Virus record (IMG/VR): IMGVR_UViG_3300002307_001210
Span: 1 to 56,844 of that record
Direction: 5' to 3' (one strand)
From: a virus
Lineage: Duplodnaviria > Caudoviricetes
Length of the DNA: 56,844 nt
The position numbers and the translations under genes were made by a program. The notes beneath the pieces were generated by a model. It saw nothing but the letters and a program-made list of their open reading frames with translations, had not been told where the DNA came from and did no database searches. This document shows, one piece after another, positions 48,893-56,844 of this stretch; the first letter of the stretch is position 1, and each line of letters opens with the position of its first letter.

Positions 48893-49328
48893 AGCAATCA
48901 AAGACTGGATCAGTCCTCCCCCGCCTCCCCCAGAACCCGAGCCGGCACCTGCACCAAAGAAGCCTCGTGCACCTAAAAAGCCTAGACCGAAACCGAAACC
49001 GGAACTGACCGCTAAGGAAAAAGCAACACTAGCAGGAGAACCGTATGTCGCTATTCTGAGCGTGGACCTTGATCCCAATGACATTAACAATGGATCATTT
49101 GAGTTAGACTGGAATGATAAGTTTCTCATTAATCTGGTCAAGCAGGGATACAAGTTCTCTGTCAAGGATACTGATTCCCAGATTATTGACCGTTGGTTTC
49201 AAAATGTCTGTCGCAACATCGCAATGGAAGTATATGAGCAAGAGATTGCTGATCCTGAAAAGCGAGAATCCGAATTACGAATAATTAGTCAGCGTGATAT
49301 AGGTGACGGATTTACAGAGGTAAGTTAA
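48885..49328 (+). CDS. Hypothetical protein with Pro/Lys-rich N-terminus
   Basis: AAGGA RBS; FELDWN motif. Confidence 0.55.
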   Translation: MFKAIKDWISPPPPPPEPEPAPAPKKPRAPKKPRPKPKPELTAKEKATLAGEPYVAILSVDLDPNDINNGSFELDWNDKFLINLVKQGYKFSVKDTDSQIIDRWFQNVCRNIAMEVYEQEIADPEKRESELRIISQRDIGDGFTEVS

Positions 49329-49331
49329 GTC

Positions 49332-49360
49332 TTGACAACCGTGCAATAAGTGTGTATATT
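49332..49360 (+). promoter_or_regulatory. Sigma70-type promoter
   Basis: TTGACA-17-TATATT. Confidence 0.65.
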
Positions 49361-49392
49361 GTAAATAATTGAAATCTATCATTAGGAAAAAG

Positions 49393-49977
49393 ATGGCAAC
49401 TAAACCTCAGGCGATTGAAAACGAATCCGCACATTTCAACAATTTTAGAAAGTTTTTGCCCGCATTTACTGATAGGTGCGATAAAACGATTGATCACCTA
49501 CTAAAATTAGGGATTATCCAAGTTAGCACGGCATTTGAACAGGCTATAGCTACGGTTGCCGATTGTACCATAGTGAATGAAAATAGATATGATCTTAGTG
49601 ACGGCTCTGAATGTAAGATGGCCACTACTCAATACCATAGAGGTCAAGTGGATGCCCAGATAAGAGGTATCACTGGAAAAGATGGAACACTTTGCGTTCA
49701 TATATATGAGCAGTTTTCTAAAAAATTCTATTACTTTGTTATTCCATATCATGAATATAAAAATCTAAAAGTAGTGGAGATACCCTTCACTTTTGATGGG
49801 GGCCCTAAGCGAAATAATAAGTGGTGGAATTGGGAAGTCAATTCTTTTGAAGAATTAGCTACTACAAAATATGAAAATAATATCTCTATTGAAATGTTAG
49901 ATAGAGCAACAGTTCCTAAAATTAAAAATAATCACTTGAATGCGACTCCCTTCACCCAACTTTTTACGTTCGGATAA
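49393..49977 (+). CDS. Hypothetical protein, possible PD-(D/E)XK nuclease
   Basis: FE...YDLSDGSECK pattern; AT-rich. Confidence 0.4.
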   Translation: MATKPQAIENESAHFNNFRKFLPAFTDRCDKTIDHLLKLGIIQVSTAFEQAIATVADCTIVNENRYDLSDGSECKMATTQYHRGQVDAQIRGITGKDGTLCVHIYEQFSKKFYYFVIPYHEYKNLKVVEIPFTFDGGPKRNNKWWNWEVNSFEELATTKYENNISIEMLDRATVPKIKNNHLNATPFTQLFTFG

Positions 49978-49980
49978 GGC

Positions 49981-50022
49981 TTGACAACCTCTCTAATACC
50001 AGCTATAATATACGTATAAATA
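49981..50022 (+). promoter_or_regulatory. Consensus sigma70 promoter plus T4-type late promoter
   Basis: TTGACA-17-TATAAT (49981-50009) and TATAAATA (50015-50022). Confidence 0.75.
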
Positions 50023-50035
50023 GAGAAAGCATCCG

Positions 50036-51034
50036 ATGAAATACGCACTCATAGACACTGCTAACACTTTCTTCCGCGCTAGGCATGTTGCCTCTCGCAA
50101 CACTGATACCTGGGAAAAGATTGGCATGGCTATGCACCTCACGCTCTCGTCTGTCAATCAGGTCGTGCGTAAGTTTGGCATTGATCATGTCGTCTTCTGT
50201 CTTGAGGGTCGTTCTTGGCGTAAGGAATTCTACAAGCCGTATAAGGCTAATCGTGTCGCAGTAAATCCTACTGAGGCTGAAGTTGAAGAGAACCAGATGT
50301 TCTGGGAGACTTATGATCACTTCACTACATATCTGCGTGACAAGACGAATGTTAGCGTCCTGCGTCATCCTAATGCAGAAGCAGATGACATCATCGCACG
50401 ATTTATTCATCTACATCCTGATGATGAACACTTCATTATCTCCAATGACACTGACTTCTTGCAATTGATCACAGAGAATGTGCATCAATATAACGGCATG
50501 ACTAATCAAGTGATCAAGTTGGATGGCTATTACGATGATCGTGATCGTCTTGTGAAAGACAAGAAGACTAAGGAACCCAAGCTACTTGAGGATCCTGAGT
50601 ATCTCCTGTTCAAGAAGATCATCCGGGGCGATTCTAGTGACAATGTGTTCTCTGCATATCCAGGTGTTCGTGAGAAGGGTACTAAGAATTCTGTCGGAAT
50701 CCGTGATGCATATGAAGATCGCAACAAGCAGGGTTTCAACTGGAACAACATGATGTTGCAACGCTGGACTGATCATGACGGTATTGAACATCGCGTGAAG
50801 GATGACTATGAGCGTAATCGTTCTCTCATTGATCTCACTGCACAGCCACAAGATATCAAGGATAAGGTAGATGAGGTCATTCGTAGTGATGTTCGCACTG
50901 TGACCACTCCGCAAGTAGGTATTCATCTGATGAAGTTCTGCGGTAAGTATGAACTCACTAAGATTTCCGAACAAGCTGAGACATATGCGAAGTGGCTCAA
51001 CAATCCTTATACAGGAGCATTGATCAATGAGTGA
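50036..51034 (+). CDS. rnh: T4 RNase H-like 5'-3' exonuclease
   Basis: LID, SWRK..YKANR, EADD, SNDTDFLQL, GDSSDNV. Confidence 0.85.
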   Translation: MKYALIDTANTFFRARHVASRNTDTWEKIGMAMHLTLSSVNQVVRKFGIDHVVFCLEGRSWRKEFYKPYKANRVAVNPTEAEVEENQMFWETYDHFTTYLRDKTNVSVLRHPNAEADDIIARFIHLHPDDEHFIISNDTDFLQLITENVHQYNGMTNQVIKLDGYYDDRDRLVKDKKTKEPKLLEDPEYLLFKKIIRGDSSDNVFSAYPGVREKGTKNSVGIRDAYEDRNKQGFNWNNMMLQRWTDHDGIEHRVKDDYERNRSLIDLTAQPQDIKDKVDEVIRSDVRTVTTPQVGIHLMKFCGKYELTKISEQAETYAKWLNNPYTGALINE

Positions 51035-51353
51035 TATGAATTATGAAAACTTTTGGGGGCCGCACTGGGCAGAACACCCTGACGGGAACGGGGGAACTAT
51101 TTGGAAATCTTATGATAAGAGGCTTTCCATGAAGGAACTTTGGAAAGCCAGTAAGGCGGTTTGTAAAAATAAGGACGGTTCCTTTCAATACATCAAAAAT
51201 CGCGGGGCCAATGATCTTGCAGTAATGACCAAGCAAGAAGAAAAAGAATTCCTGTTTAAAATACTATCTGCGGAACGATATTCCGACCCAAGATTGTCCT
51301 GGCGGTGGTCTTCTCCGTCCATTGGGAGTGTCCTAAGGGTGGTAGAGGACTAA
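51027..51353 (+). CDS. Hypothetical protein
   Basis: Overlap-coupled ORF. Confidence 0.45.
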   Translation: MSDMNYENFWGPHWAEHPDGNGGTIWKSYDKRLSMKELWKASKAVCKNKDGSFQYIKNRGANDLAVMTKQEEKEFLFKILSAERYSDPRLSWRWSSPSIGSVLRVVED

Positions 51354-51354
51354 C

Positions 51355-52518
51355 ATGTTTTTCTTTGTAGGAAATGAATCCCCACTCAAGGCACTGAACA
51401 AAGTCCACGATAGGCTTTATCTGGATGATGGCTGGTCCTCTACTGTGATCTCATGTGAGATGGTATGGTATAAGGGATATAGCACTGATATTAATCTTTC
51501 AGATGATATTGCTGCTATAGTTTCTCATGGCTATCGTCCTGCAGGCAAATGGTGTGTCATTGTGCTTGATGGTGATAACTATGATATAATGCATCCTCCT
51601 CTTAGAGGGTTTCCGCTATATGAAAAAGACGGAAATAAGACGAATATAAAGTCGGGAGACGATGCATATGATGCTCGTGAGTTCCGCCTCACTATTAAAG
51701 ATCAAACACCTATTACCTTAGAACAAGCGGCAATAATCATCGGTGATATACTGTTAGAAAATATAGTTAATTTTCTAAAGTATAATACGATTGATGAGAT
51801 GAATGTCCTATGTTCTGCTGGACTTGATTCTACGACATCTTGGGCAGTGTTAGATAGTGTTACAAAAGATTACACTCTACACGCATACGTTCCTAAGGAT
51901 AATGATAAGCTTTTCCGTGAATACCTGGGTGTAATCCGTGAGTATGAATCTGATCTACTAGATAAGATTTCTCAAGACTACTGGGGATATAGCATGATGA
52001 GTGTCTTCAATGAACCTACCTGGTATCTCACTGGATATTATGCTGAGGTCATTCAATATCGGGACGGTGCAGCTATAAATGCACTCGCTAATTATCAAGG
52101 CAAGAAGATACAAGAACTCTGTTCTGAGACAGATTATCTATATCATTTCTTGCATCGGCCTAACATAGTAGAACAGTATAAAGATTCTATGCTCGTATTT
52201 GAGAATGATCAGGCGTTGAAAGACTATCTGTGTGATACTGTTTTTGGTGATTGGCAGATGTGGCACGTTGACAACAACATGACATTCAGCCCGTTCGCTG
52301 ACATTCGCATCCCACAAACAATCAATAGATTGTCAGTAGAAGATATCACTAAAAACAGTGTTAGTGGGTTGATTCAACGTGACATCATCAAGAGATTCAA
52401 GCCTGAACTGCTGTCTTTAGTATCAGACTACAAGAACTCAAAGGATGTCTGGGCTAACTTTAAACAGAACTTCGCAAATATAACTTTGGATCCGAAAGTG
52501 AGAGTGAAAATAAGATGA
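51355..52518 (+). CDS. PP-loop (asparagine synthetase-like) protein
   Basis: LCSAGLDS PP-loop; SPFAD in the C-terminal part. Confidence 0.5.
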   Translation: MFFFVGNESPLKALNKVHDRLYLDDGWSSTVISCEMVWYKGYSTDINLSDDIAAIVSHGYRPAGKWCVIVLDGDNYDIMHPPLRGFPLYEKDGNKTNIKSGDDAYDAREFRLTIKDQTPITLEQAAIIIGDILLENIVNFLKYNTIDEMNVLCSAGLDSTTSWAVLDSVTKDYTLHAYVPKDNDKLFREYLGVIREYESDLLDKISQDYWGYSMMSVFNEPTWYLTGYYAEVIQYRDGAAINALANYQGKKIQELCSETDYLYHFLHRPNIVEQYKDSMLVFENDQALKDYLCDTVFGDWQMWHVDNNMTFSPFADIRIPQTINRLSVEDITKNSVSGLIQRDIIKRFKPELLSLVSDYKNSKDVWANFKQNFANITLDPKVRVKIR

Positions 52519-52820
52519 GTGATACTGTTCTTACTTGCAAAAGCTGCATTCATTCTCGCATTTCTGCTTTTGCTAAATATGGAAGTTACCTCTTTAATTG
52601 GAGTGCTCCGAATGAATTTCATTATAAGTGCGCCAAAGCTTTGGAGCCGGCACATGAAATCGTTGATCCAGTAATCGGGCATTTTAGAGTTCCGGCTACA
52701 ATGCCTCATTGCTCCATTGAACGAGGCTATTCTAGCAGTGACTGTGGACCTGATGCAAAGAACTGGTCGCCCAAGAATAAGAAAGACCTATTTAAAATGT
52801 TAACAAAGGAACACGAATGA
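52515..52820 (+). CDS. Cys-rich hypothetical protein
   Basis: CKSC..C..C..ER..CGPDA pattern. Confidence 0.5.
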   Translation: MSDTVLTCKSCIHSRISAFAKYGSYLFNWSAPNEFHYKCAKALEPAHEIVDPVIGHFRVPATMPHCSIERGYSSSDCGPDAKNWSPKNKKDLFKMLTKEHE

Positions 52821-53269
52821 CTGAACTCGTAGCAAAGCCAATCGTCAAAGATCAATTTTGGATCGTGACAGATGGTGATAGGAAGATTGGAAATATTGAA
52901 GCTAACAACTCTGGTTATGGAGTCAGGCTAAACGGTAATTTCCTTCAATTTGACAATACGACTGATCTAAAGAAGAAGACTCATATTCGTTTTGAGCCAA
53001 TCAAGTCTAACAAGACTAAGGCCGCCCTTCCGTATCCTGAGTATCCCACGACTTCAAAGACTTACAACTCATTGTTTGATATCAAGCGTGGCTTGCATCT
53101 GTTCACTAAGACTAGGAAGAGTAAGTGCCAACATGCTGCTGGTTGGTTCGTTATAGAACACAATGGCATCAATCATGTGTCGTTCTGTCCTAAATATATC
53201 TTCATTCAGCGTTATCCTTATCAAGGTCCTTTTAAAACAGAAGCCGAAGCAAATAGTATAAATATCTAG
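52817..53269 (+). CDS. Hypothetical protein
   Basis: Coupled ORF, 150 aa. Confidence 0.55.
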   Translation: MTELVAKPIVKDQFWIVTDGDRKIGNIEANNSGYGVRLNGNFLQFDNTTDLKKKTHIRFEPIKSNKTKAALPYPEYPTTSKTYNSLFDIKRGLHLFTKTRKSKCQHAAGWFVIEHNGINHVSFCPKYIFIQRYPYQGPFKTEAEANSINI

Positions 53270-53271
53270 TC

Positions 53272-53481
53272 ATGCAATTTATGCACATAAAAAGATTCGT
53301 GGACAAGATGTCTATTGTTGAGTCCAGACAGTCTAAGGATGTGGTTTTGCCTATCACCGATGCTCGGGGATTACGAGACGATATCACTAAATTATTATCG
53401 GATCTTTATGCATTTAGTGCTGACCAGACTAAAAAAGAAGAAGTGATAGATATACAGGTTAAAGGCGGATCGTTTAAATGA
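53272..53481 (+). CDS. Hypothetical protein
   Basis: Follows TATAAATA late promoter (53257-53264). Confidence 0.5.
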   Translation: MQFMHIKRFVDKMSIVESRQSKDVVLPITDARGLRDDITKLLSDLYAFSADQTKKEEVIDIQVKGGSFK

Positions 53482-53780
53482 GTAGAAATCAGCCCAATGT
53501 CTTACTTGAACATGTAGACAAGAAGACATACAAGTGCGACCAGATTGTAGAAGCATCAGGAATCTGGGCTGTATTCTTTGACGGTCAGCCTATCAATCTT
53601 AAATCGTCGCATTATCTTATAAATGATGCTGCACCTAAATACAAGAAAACTAGTTTCTCTAATCCCGGCCATGCTAGAAACCTCTGTCGTAAATTGAATG
53701 CACAGTTCAAGTCCGACCAGTTTACAGTGGTTTTCATGAATAGTGGTAGCACCGTTTACCCTGATGACTTACAAGACTAA
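53478..53780 (+). CDS. Hypothetical protein
   Basis: ATGA-coupled ORF; KYKKTSFSNPGHA motif. Confidence 0.55.
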   Translation: MSRNQPNVLLEHVDKKTYKCDQIVEASGIWAVFFDGQPINLKSSHYLINDAAPKYKKTSFSNPGHARNLCRKLNAQFKSDQFTVVFMNSGSTVYPDDLQD

Positions 53781-54171
53781 AAAAGAGATCACCGAGAAGA
53801 TTCTTCTTGAGTTAAAGGATAATCCTGATAATCCATGGCAAAATCTCGCTGCGGATAAGGTAATTTTTCAATGGTGGATGACTGGTCGCAGTGGTTTTGG
53901 CTTGAGACTTACTGAGACTGGACATAAAGCACTCTCACATGCAAAGATAGAATACTATGAATTTCCGATTGATCTAGAAAAAGGAAATAACAGAGTAAAG
54001 TTATGGGACCAATATATAAAACAAATCAGCAAGAAGTTAGATTGTCCTTATTTTATAGGGGTAAAAGATAAGATACCATTCATCAGGATATACGATCATC
54101 GTATCGCAATGATGATGACTCTATTCGGAAATCTAGGAGAATATTTAGATTCTGTAGTTAAGTATAAATAG
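53764..54171 (+). CDS. Hypothetical protein
   Basis: ORF; start moved to MTYK. Confidence 0.5.
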   Translation: MTYKTKKEITEKILLELKDNPDNPWQNLAADKVIFQWWMTGRSGFGLRLTETGHKALSHAKIEYYEFPIDLEKGNNRVKLWDQYIKQISKKLDCPYFIGVKDKIPFIRIYDHRIAMMMTLFGNLGEYLDSVVKYK

Positions 54172-54212
54172 ACTCACAGAGTAATCTGTACACACACACA
54201 TAGGAGAAAAAG

Positions 54213-54485
54213 ATGTTAGAACTATTGACTAAGACAGCCGTTGATACCGTTCAATCGGCAAAGAAAACAGCGATTGATACTTTCGTTAAACACGACGGTC
54301 TCGCTAAAACCCTAAATAAATTTGTAGATACTCAGACTGAGTATACCAAAAAGGCAGTAGAAGCTGCATTTGCCGCAAGTTCACAGCTTGCCAGCACACT
54401 GTCAGATAAGGCATTCTACGCCGATGCCATGAAGGCTTTACAAGATGAAGTGAAGTCTTGGACCCCGAACAAGAAGGAGAAGTAA
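54213..54485 (+). CDS. Ala-rich helical protein, phasin-like
   Basis: Amphipathic Ala/Thr/Lys-rich helix; AGGAG RBS; TATAAATA at 54163. Confidence 0.4.
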   Translation: MLELLTKTAVDTVQSAKKTAIDTFVKHDGLAKTLNKFVDTQTEYTKKAVEAAFAASSQLASTLSDKAFYADAMKALQDEVKSWTPNKKEK

Positions 54486-54601
54486 AATGACTAATCATAA
54501 TATTACCAGTCTCGCTAGCCGAGCAGGAAATACGTTGTTAAGTGCAATGTGCCTATGGCTGTTGTATTCTGTCGCATCTATCATGGTATAAGGATCAAGA
54601 A

Positions 54602-54868
54602 ATGTCTAACGATAAGATTCCGGGATTGCCCGAGTTTAAGGCGAATAAGAATGGATATGAGATCAGGTCTGATATCCTTGGAATGGCTAAGGACCTAGTC
54701 CAGTCTGAATACTCAGCTAAGTTTATGGGCTGGGAACGGACTGTGTCAAAGGATGAGAAGACAGGTCAAATCGTGACTACTGTCTCTATGCCAGAGTTTC
54801 CCGGACTTGAAAAGGTCCTTGAGACTGCACAGAAGATGTATGATTTCGTCAATCAGGCGAAGAAGTAA
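54602..54868 (+). CDS. Hypothetical protein
   Basis: NGYEIRSDILGMAK...AQKMYDFV; start moved to MSND. Confidence 0.55.
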   Translation: MSNDKIPGLPEFKANKNGYEIRSDILGMAKDLVQSEYSAKFMGWERTVSKDEKTGQIVTTVSMPEFPGLEKVLETAQKMYDFVNQAKK

Positions 54869-54887
54869 ACTGTACCGACAGGATAAG

Positions 54888-54920
54888 AAAAGTGCCTGAT
54901 TCGTCGGGCATTTTTTTTTA
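54888..54920 (+). terminator. Rho-independent terminator
   Basis: GTGCCTGA-TTCG-TCGGGCAT hairpin followed by a T-run. Confidence 0.85.
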
Positions 54921-54929
54921 TTAAAACGG

Positions 54930-54958
54930 TTGACATTGGTTACCCATTCTGATATATT
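54930..54958 (+). promoter_or_regulatory. Early (sigma70-type) promoter, repeated at 56256
   Basis: TTGACA-17-TATATT. Confidence 0.7.
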
Positions 54959-54990
54959 GAATAATAGAGATTGAACAAGAGAGAAGATAG

Positions 54991-56208
54991 ATGCAAGTAT
55001 TTGAAGGAAAGAACGGGGGTCTTATCAAGGCTTGGATAGATGGCGTGTCGGTAGAAGATCAGGCGCGGGCCCAACTTGATAACATCGCACAGATGCCCTT
55101 CATTCACAAGCATGTGGCTATCATGCCTGATGTTCACTGGGGAATGGGCGCTACGGTTGGGTCGGTGATACCTACGAAGGGTGCGATCATACCGGCTGCG
55201 GTTGGTGTGGACATCGGTTGTGGTATGATGGCTCATCGTACCAATCTCCGGGCTTCGGATCTTCCTGATAATCTCTTTGGTCTTCGTACGGCAATAGAAG
55301 ATCGTGTTCCTCACGGTCGTACGGATAACGGCGGCAAAAATGATCGTGGTGCATGGGGTACTCCCTCGGATGCGGCGATCAACCATTTTGCTGCTCATCG
55401 TGCCGGGCTTGATGAGATCGTAGCAAAGCATCCCAAGATAGGTCAAGCCGCAGTGCGGGCTCCCAATCATTTGGGATCGTTAGGTACGGGTAACCACTTC
55501 ATCGAGGTCTGCCTTGATGAAGAGGATTATGTCTGGATCATGTTGCACTCGGGTTCTCGTGGAATCGGCAATCGTATCGGTTCTTATTTCATAGAACTTG
55601 CCAAGCAGGATATGCGTAAGTGGTTTGTGAACCTTCCGGATATGGACTTGTCCTATCTGCCTGAAGGTACGGATCACTTCAACGACTATATGCAGGCTGT
55701 TGGTTGGGCACAGAAGTTTGCTCGTTCAAACCGTGAAGTGATGATGGTTGCTGCTATAGACGCACTCCGGTCCGTTATAGACAAGCCGTTCTTTACGGAG
55801 ATGATGGCGGTAAACTGTCACCACAACTATGTGTCTCATGAGAAGCACTTCGGTCAGGATGTTCTCGTTACCCGTAAGGGTGCAGTGTCTGCACAGAAGG
55901 GCGAACTCGGAATCATACCTGGTTCAATGGGTGCAAAGTCGTTCATCGTCTGTGGTAAGGGACATCGTGAAGCGTTCTGCTCGTGTTCGCACGGTGCAGG
56001 TCGTTCTATGTCTCGTACCGAAGCGAAGAAGCGTTTTACGCTAGAAGATCACGCTCTGGCTACGGCTGGCGTGGAATGTCGTAAGGACGCTGATGTGATT
56101 GACGAGACGCCGCTAGCATATAAAAACATTGACGATGTTATGCGGGCCCAAGCAGATTTGGTTGAAATTGTTCATACTCTCCGACAAGTGGTATGCGTCA
56201 AGGGATAA
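54991..56208 (+). CDS. rtcB: RtcB RNA ligase
   Basis: MPDVHWG, VGVDIGCG, LGTGNHFIE, HSGSRG, HN, HGAGR. Confidence 0.95.
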   Translation: MQVFEGKNGGLIKAWIDGVSVEDQARAQLDNIAQMPFIHKHVAIMPDVHWGMGATVGSVIPTKGAIIPAAVGVDIGCGMMAHRTNLRASDLPDNLFGLRTAIEDRVPHGRTDNGGKNDRGAWGTPSDAAINHFAAHRAGLDEIVAKHPKIGQAAVRAPNHLGSLGTGNHFIEVCLDEEDYVWIMLHSGSRGIGNRIGSYFIELAKQDMRKWFVNLPDMDLSYLPEGTDHFNDYMQAVGWAQKFARSNREVMMVAAIDALRSVIDKPFFTEMMAVNCHHNYVSHEKHFGQDVLVTRKGAVSAQKGELGIIPGSMGAKSFIVCGKGHREAFCSCSHGAGRSMSRTEAKKRFTLEDHALATAGVECRKDADVIDETPLAYKNIDDVMRAQADLVEIVHTLRQVVCVKG

Positions 56209-56216
56209 CTAAATGG

Positions 56217-56252
56217 GGGTGAGGCGATTTAATTCTCCTCACCCTACCTTTT
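56217..56252 (+). terminator. Hairpin / probable terminator after rtcB
   Basis: GGGTGAGG...CCTCACCC followed by TTTT. Confidence 0.55.
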
Positions 56253-56255
56253 CGG

Positions 56256-56284
56256 TTGACAACAATTACCCATTCTGCTATATT
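56256..56284 (+). promoter_or_regulatory. Early (sigma70-type) promoter
   Basis: TTGACA-17-TATATT; shares TTACCCATTCTG.TATATTGAATAATA with the copy at 54930. Confidence 0.7.
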
Positions 56285-56313
56285 GAATAATAAGCTGAGA
56301 AAAAGGGTTTTAT

Positions 56314-56673
56314 ATGTCACTGGATGTTTATCTGACTGCTGCTCGCCCGACCGAAGTATTCTCTTATCTGACTGCTGTTCGCCCGACCGAAGTATACTGG
56401 CGCAACATCACGCACAATCTGAACAATATGGCTACAGAAGCAGGTATGTATGAGGCTCTGTGGCGGCCCGAAGAAATCAATGTCACTAAAGCTGAACAAT
56501 TGGTTCCTCTGCTGGAAGCCGGCTTGGAAACCCTGCGGTCTGACCCTGAACGGTTCAAGAAGTTCAATCCTGAAAACGGTTGGGGTAACTATGAAGGCCT
56601 GGTAGACTTTGTTGAAAGCTATCTGCATGCCTGCAAGGAAAACCCAGATGCAGAGATCAGGGTATGTCGTTAA
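56314..56673 (+). CDS. Hypothetical phage protein with an internal 12-aa duplication
   Basis: NITHNL..MA..AG and NGWGNY motifs; 36-bp tandem repeat at 56328-56395. Confidence 0.6.
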   Translation: MSLDVYLTAARPTEVFSYLTAVRPTEVYWRNITHNLNNMATEAGMYEALWRPEEINVTKAEQLVPLLEAGLETLRSDPERFKKFNPENGWGNYEGLVDFVESYLHACKENPDAEIRVCR

Positions 56674-56844
56674 CCTTCTCTAAGAAAAATGGTTGGCACG
56701 TTGATCGCGGAGGAACCAAACGATGGTATCTGAACAACAAACCTCACCGAGAAGATGGCCCGGCAATTGAATATGCAGATGGCACCAAAAAATGGTATCT
56801 GAACGGCAAACTTCACCGAGAAGATGGTCCGGCAGTTGAACGTG
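56664..56844 (+). CDS. HREDGPA-repeat (MORN-like) protein, truncated by window end
   Basis: Manual translation ...WYLNNKPHREDGPAIEYADGTKKWYLNGKLHREDGPAVER; 66-bp repeat unit. Confidence 0.7.
   Translation, partial: MSLTFSKKNGWHVDRGGTKRWYLNNKPHREDGPAIEYADGTKKWYLNGKLHREDGPAVER

Noticed and set aside
554-56628. Numerous short antisense or nested ORFs in the ORF track
   Set aside because: They are shadows of well-supported genes and have no motifs or RBS.
56724-56844. CRISPR-like repeats at the window end
   Set aside because: The 66-bp period is in frame and encodes HREDGPA protein repeats, with no unique spacers.
1-56844. Stop-codon reassignment, tRNA genes, or a cellular origin for the window
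   Set aside because: Genes are full-length under the standard code with all three stops used. No cloverleaf was recognised by eye (tRNAscan would be decisive). Host-like genes sit among T4-like replication genes and late promoters.

Overview
This window is part of a large T4-like (jumbo-type) bacteriophage genome. It is gene-dense, almost entirely + strand, uses the standard code, and has TAAATA/TATAAATA late-type promoters plus TTGACA-17-TATAAT early promoters. Layout: (1) chaperones (DnaJ-like, ClpA); (2) a ~6-29 kb late region of modular proteins that start with T4 internal-protein-like leaders (e.g. MRAFEFLTE) and are interspersed with host-like cargo (CYP153-type P450, Dps, GH2 glycosidase, outer-membrane barrel, GH19); (3) family B DNA polymerase and a clamp-like gene; (4) a 7-deazaguanine cluster (TGT/DpdA-like, DpdL-like, FolE, QueD, QueE, two PRTases, HhH glycosylase, two GT-B glycosyltransferases, methyltransferase, epimerase); (5) repair and RNase H genes, then RtcB. 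Notable non-coding signals: a covarying ~70-nt two-hairpin element in front of three antisense GIY-YIG-like nuclease genes; orphaned original C-termini of the polymerase, folE and queE downstream of inserted nucleases; a preQ1-I-like pseudoknot with a competing anti-RBS hairpin upstream of queD; and exact 22-30 bp direct repeats bounding gene cassettes. No tRNA, rRNA or CRISPR array was recognised. All calls come from motif reading by eye; no database search was run.
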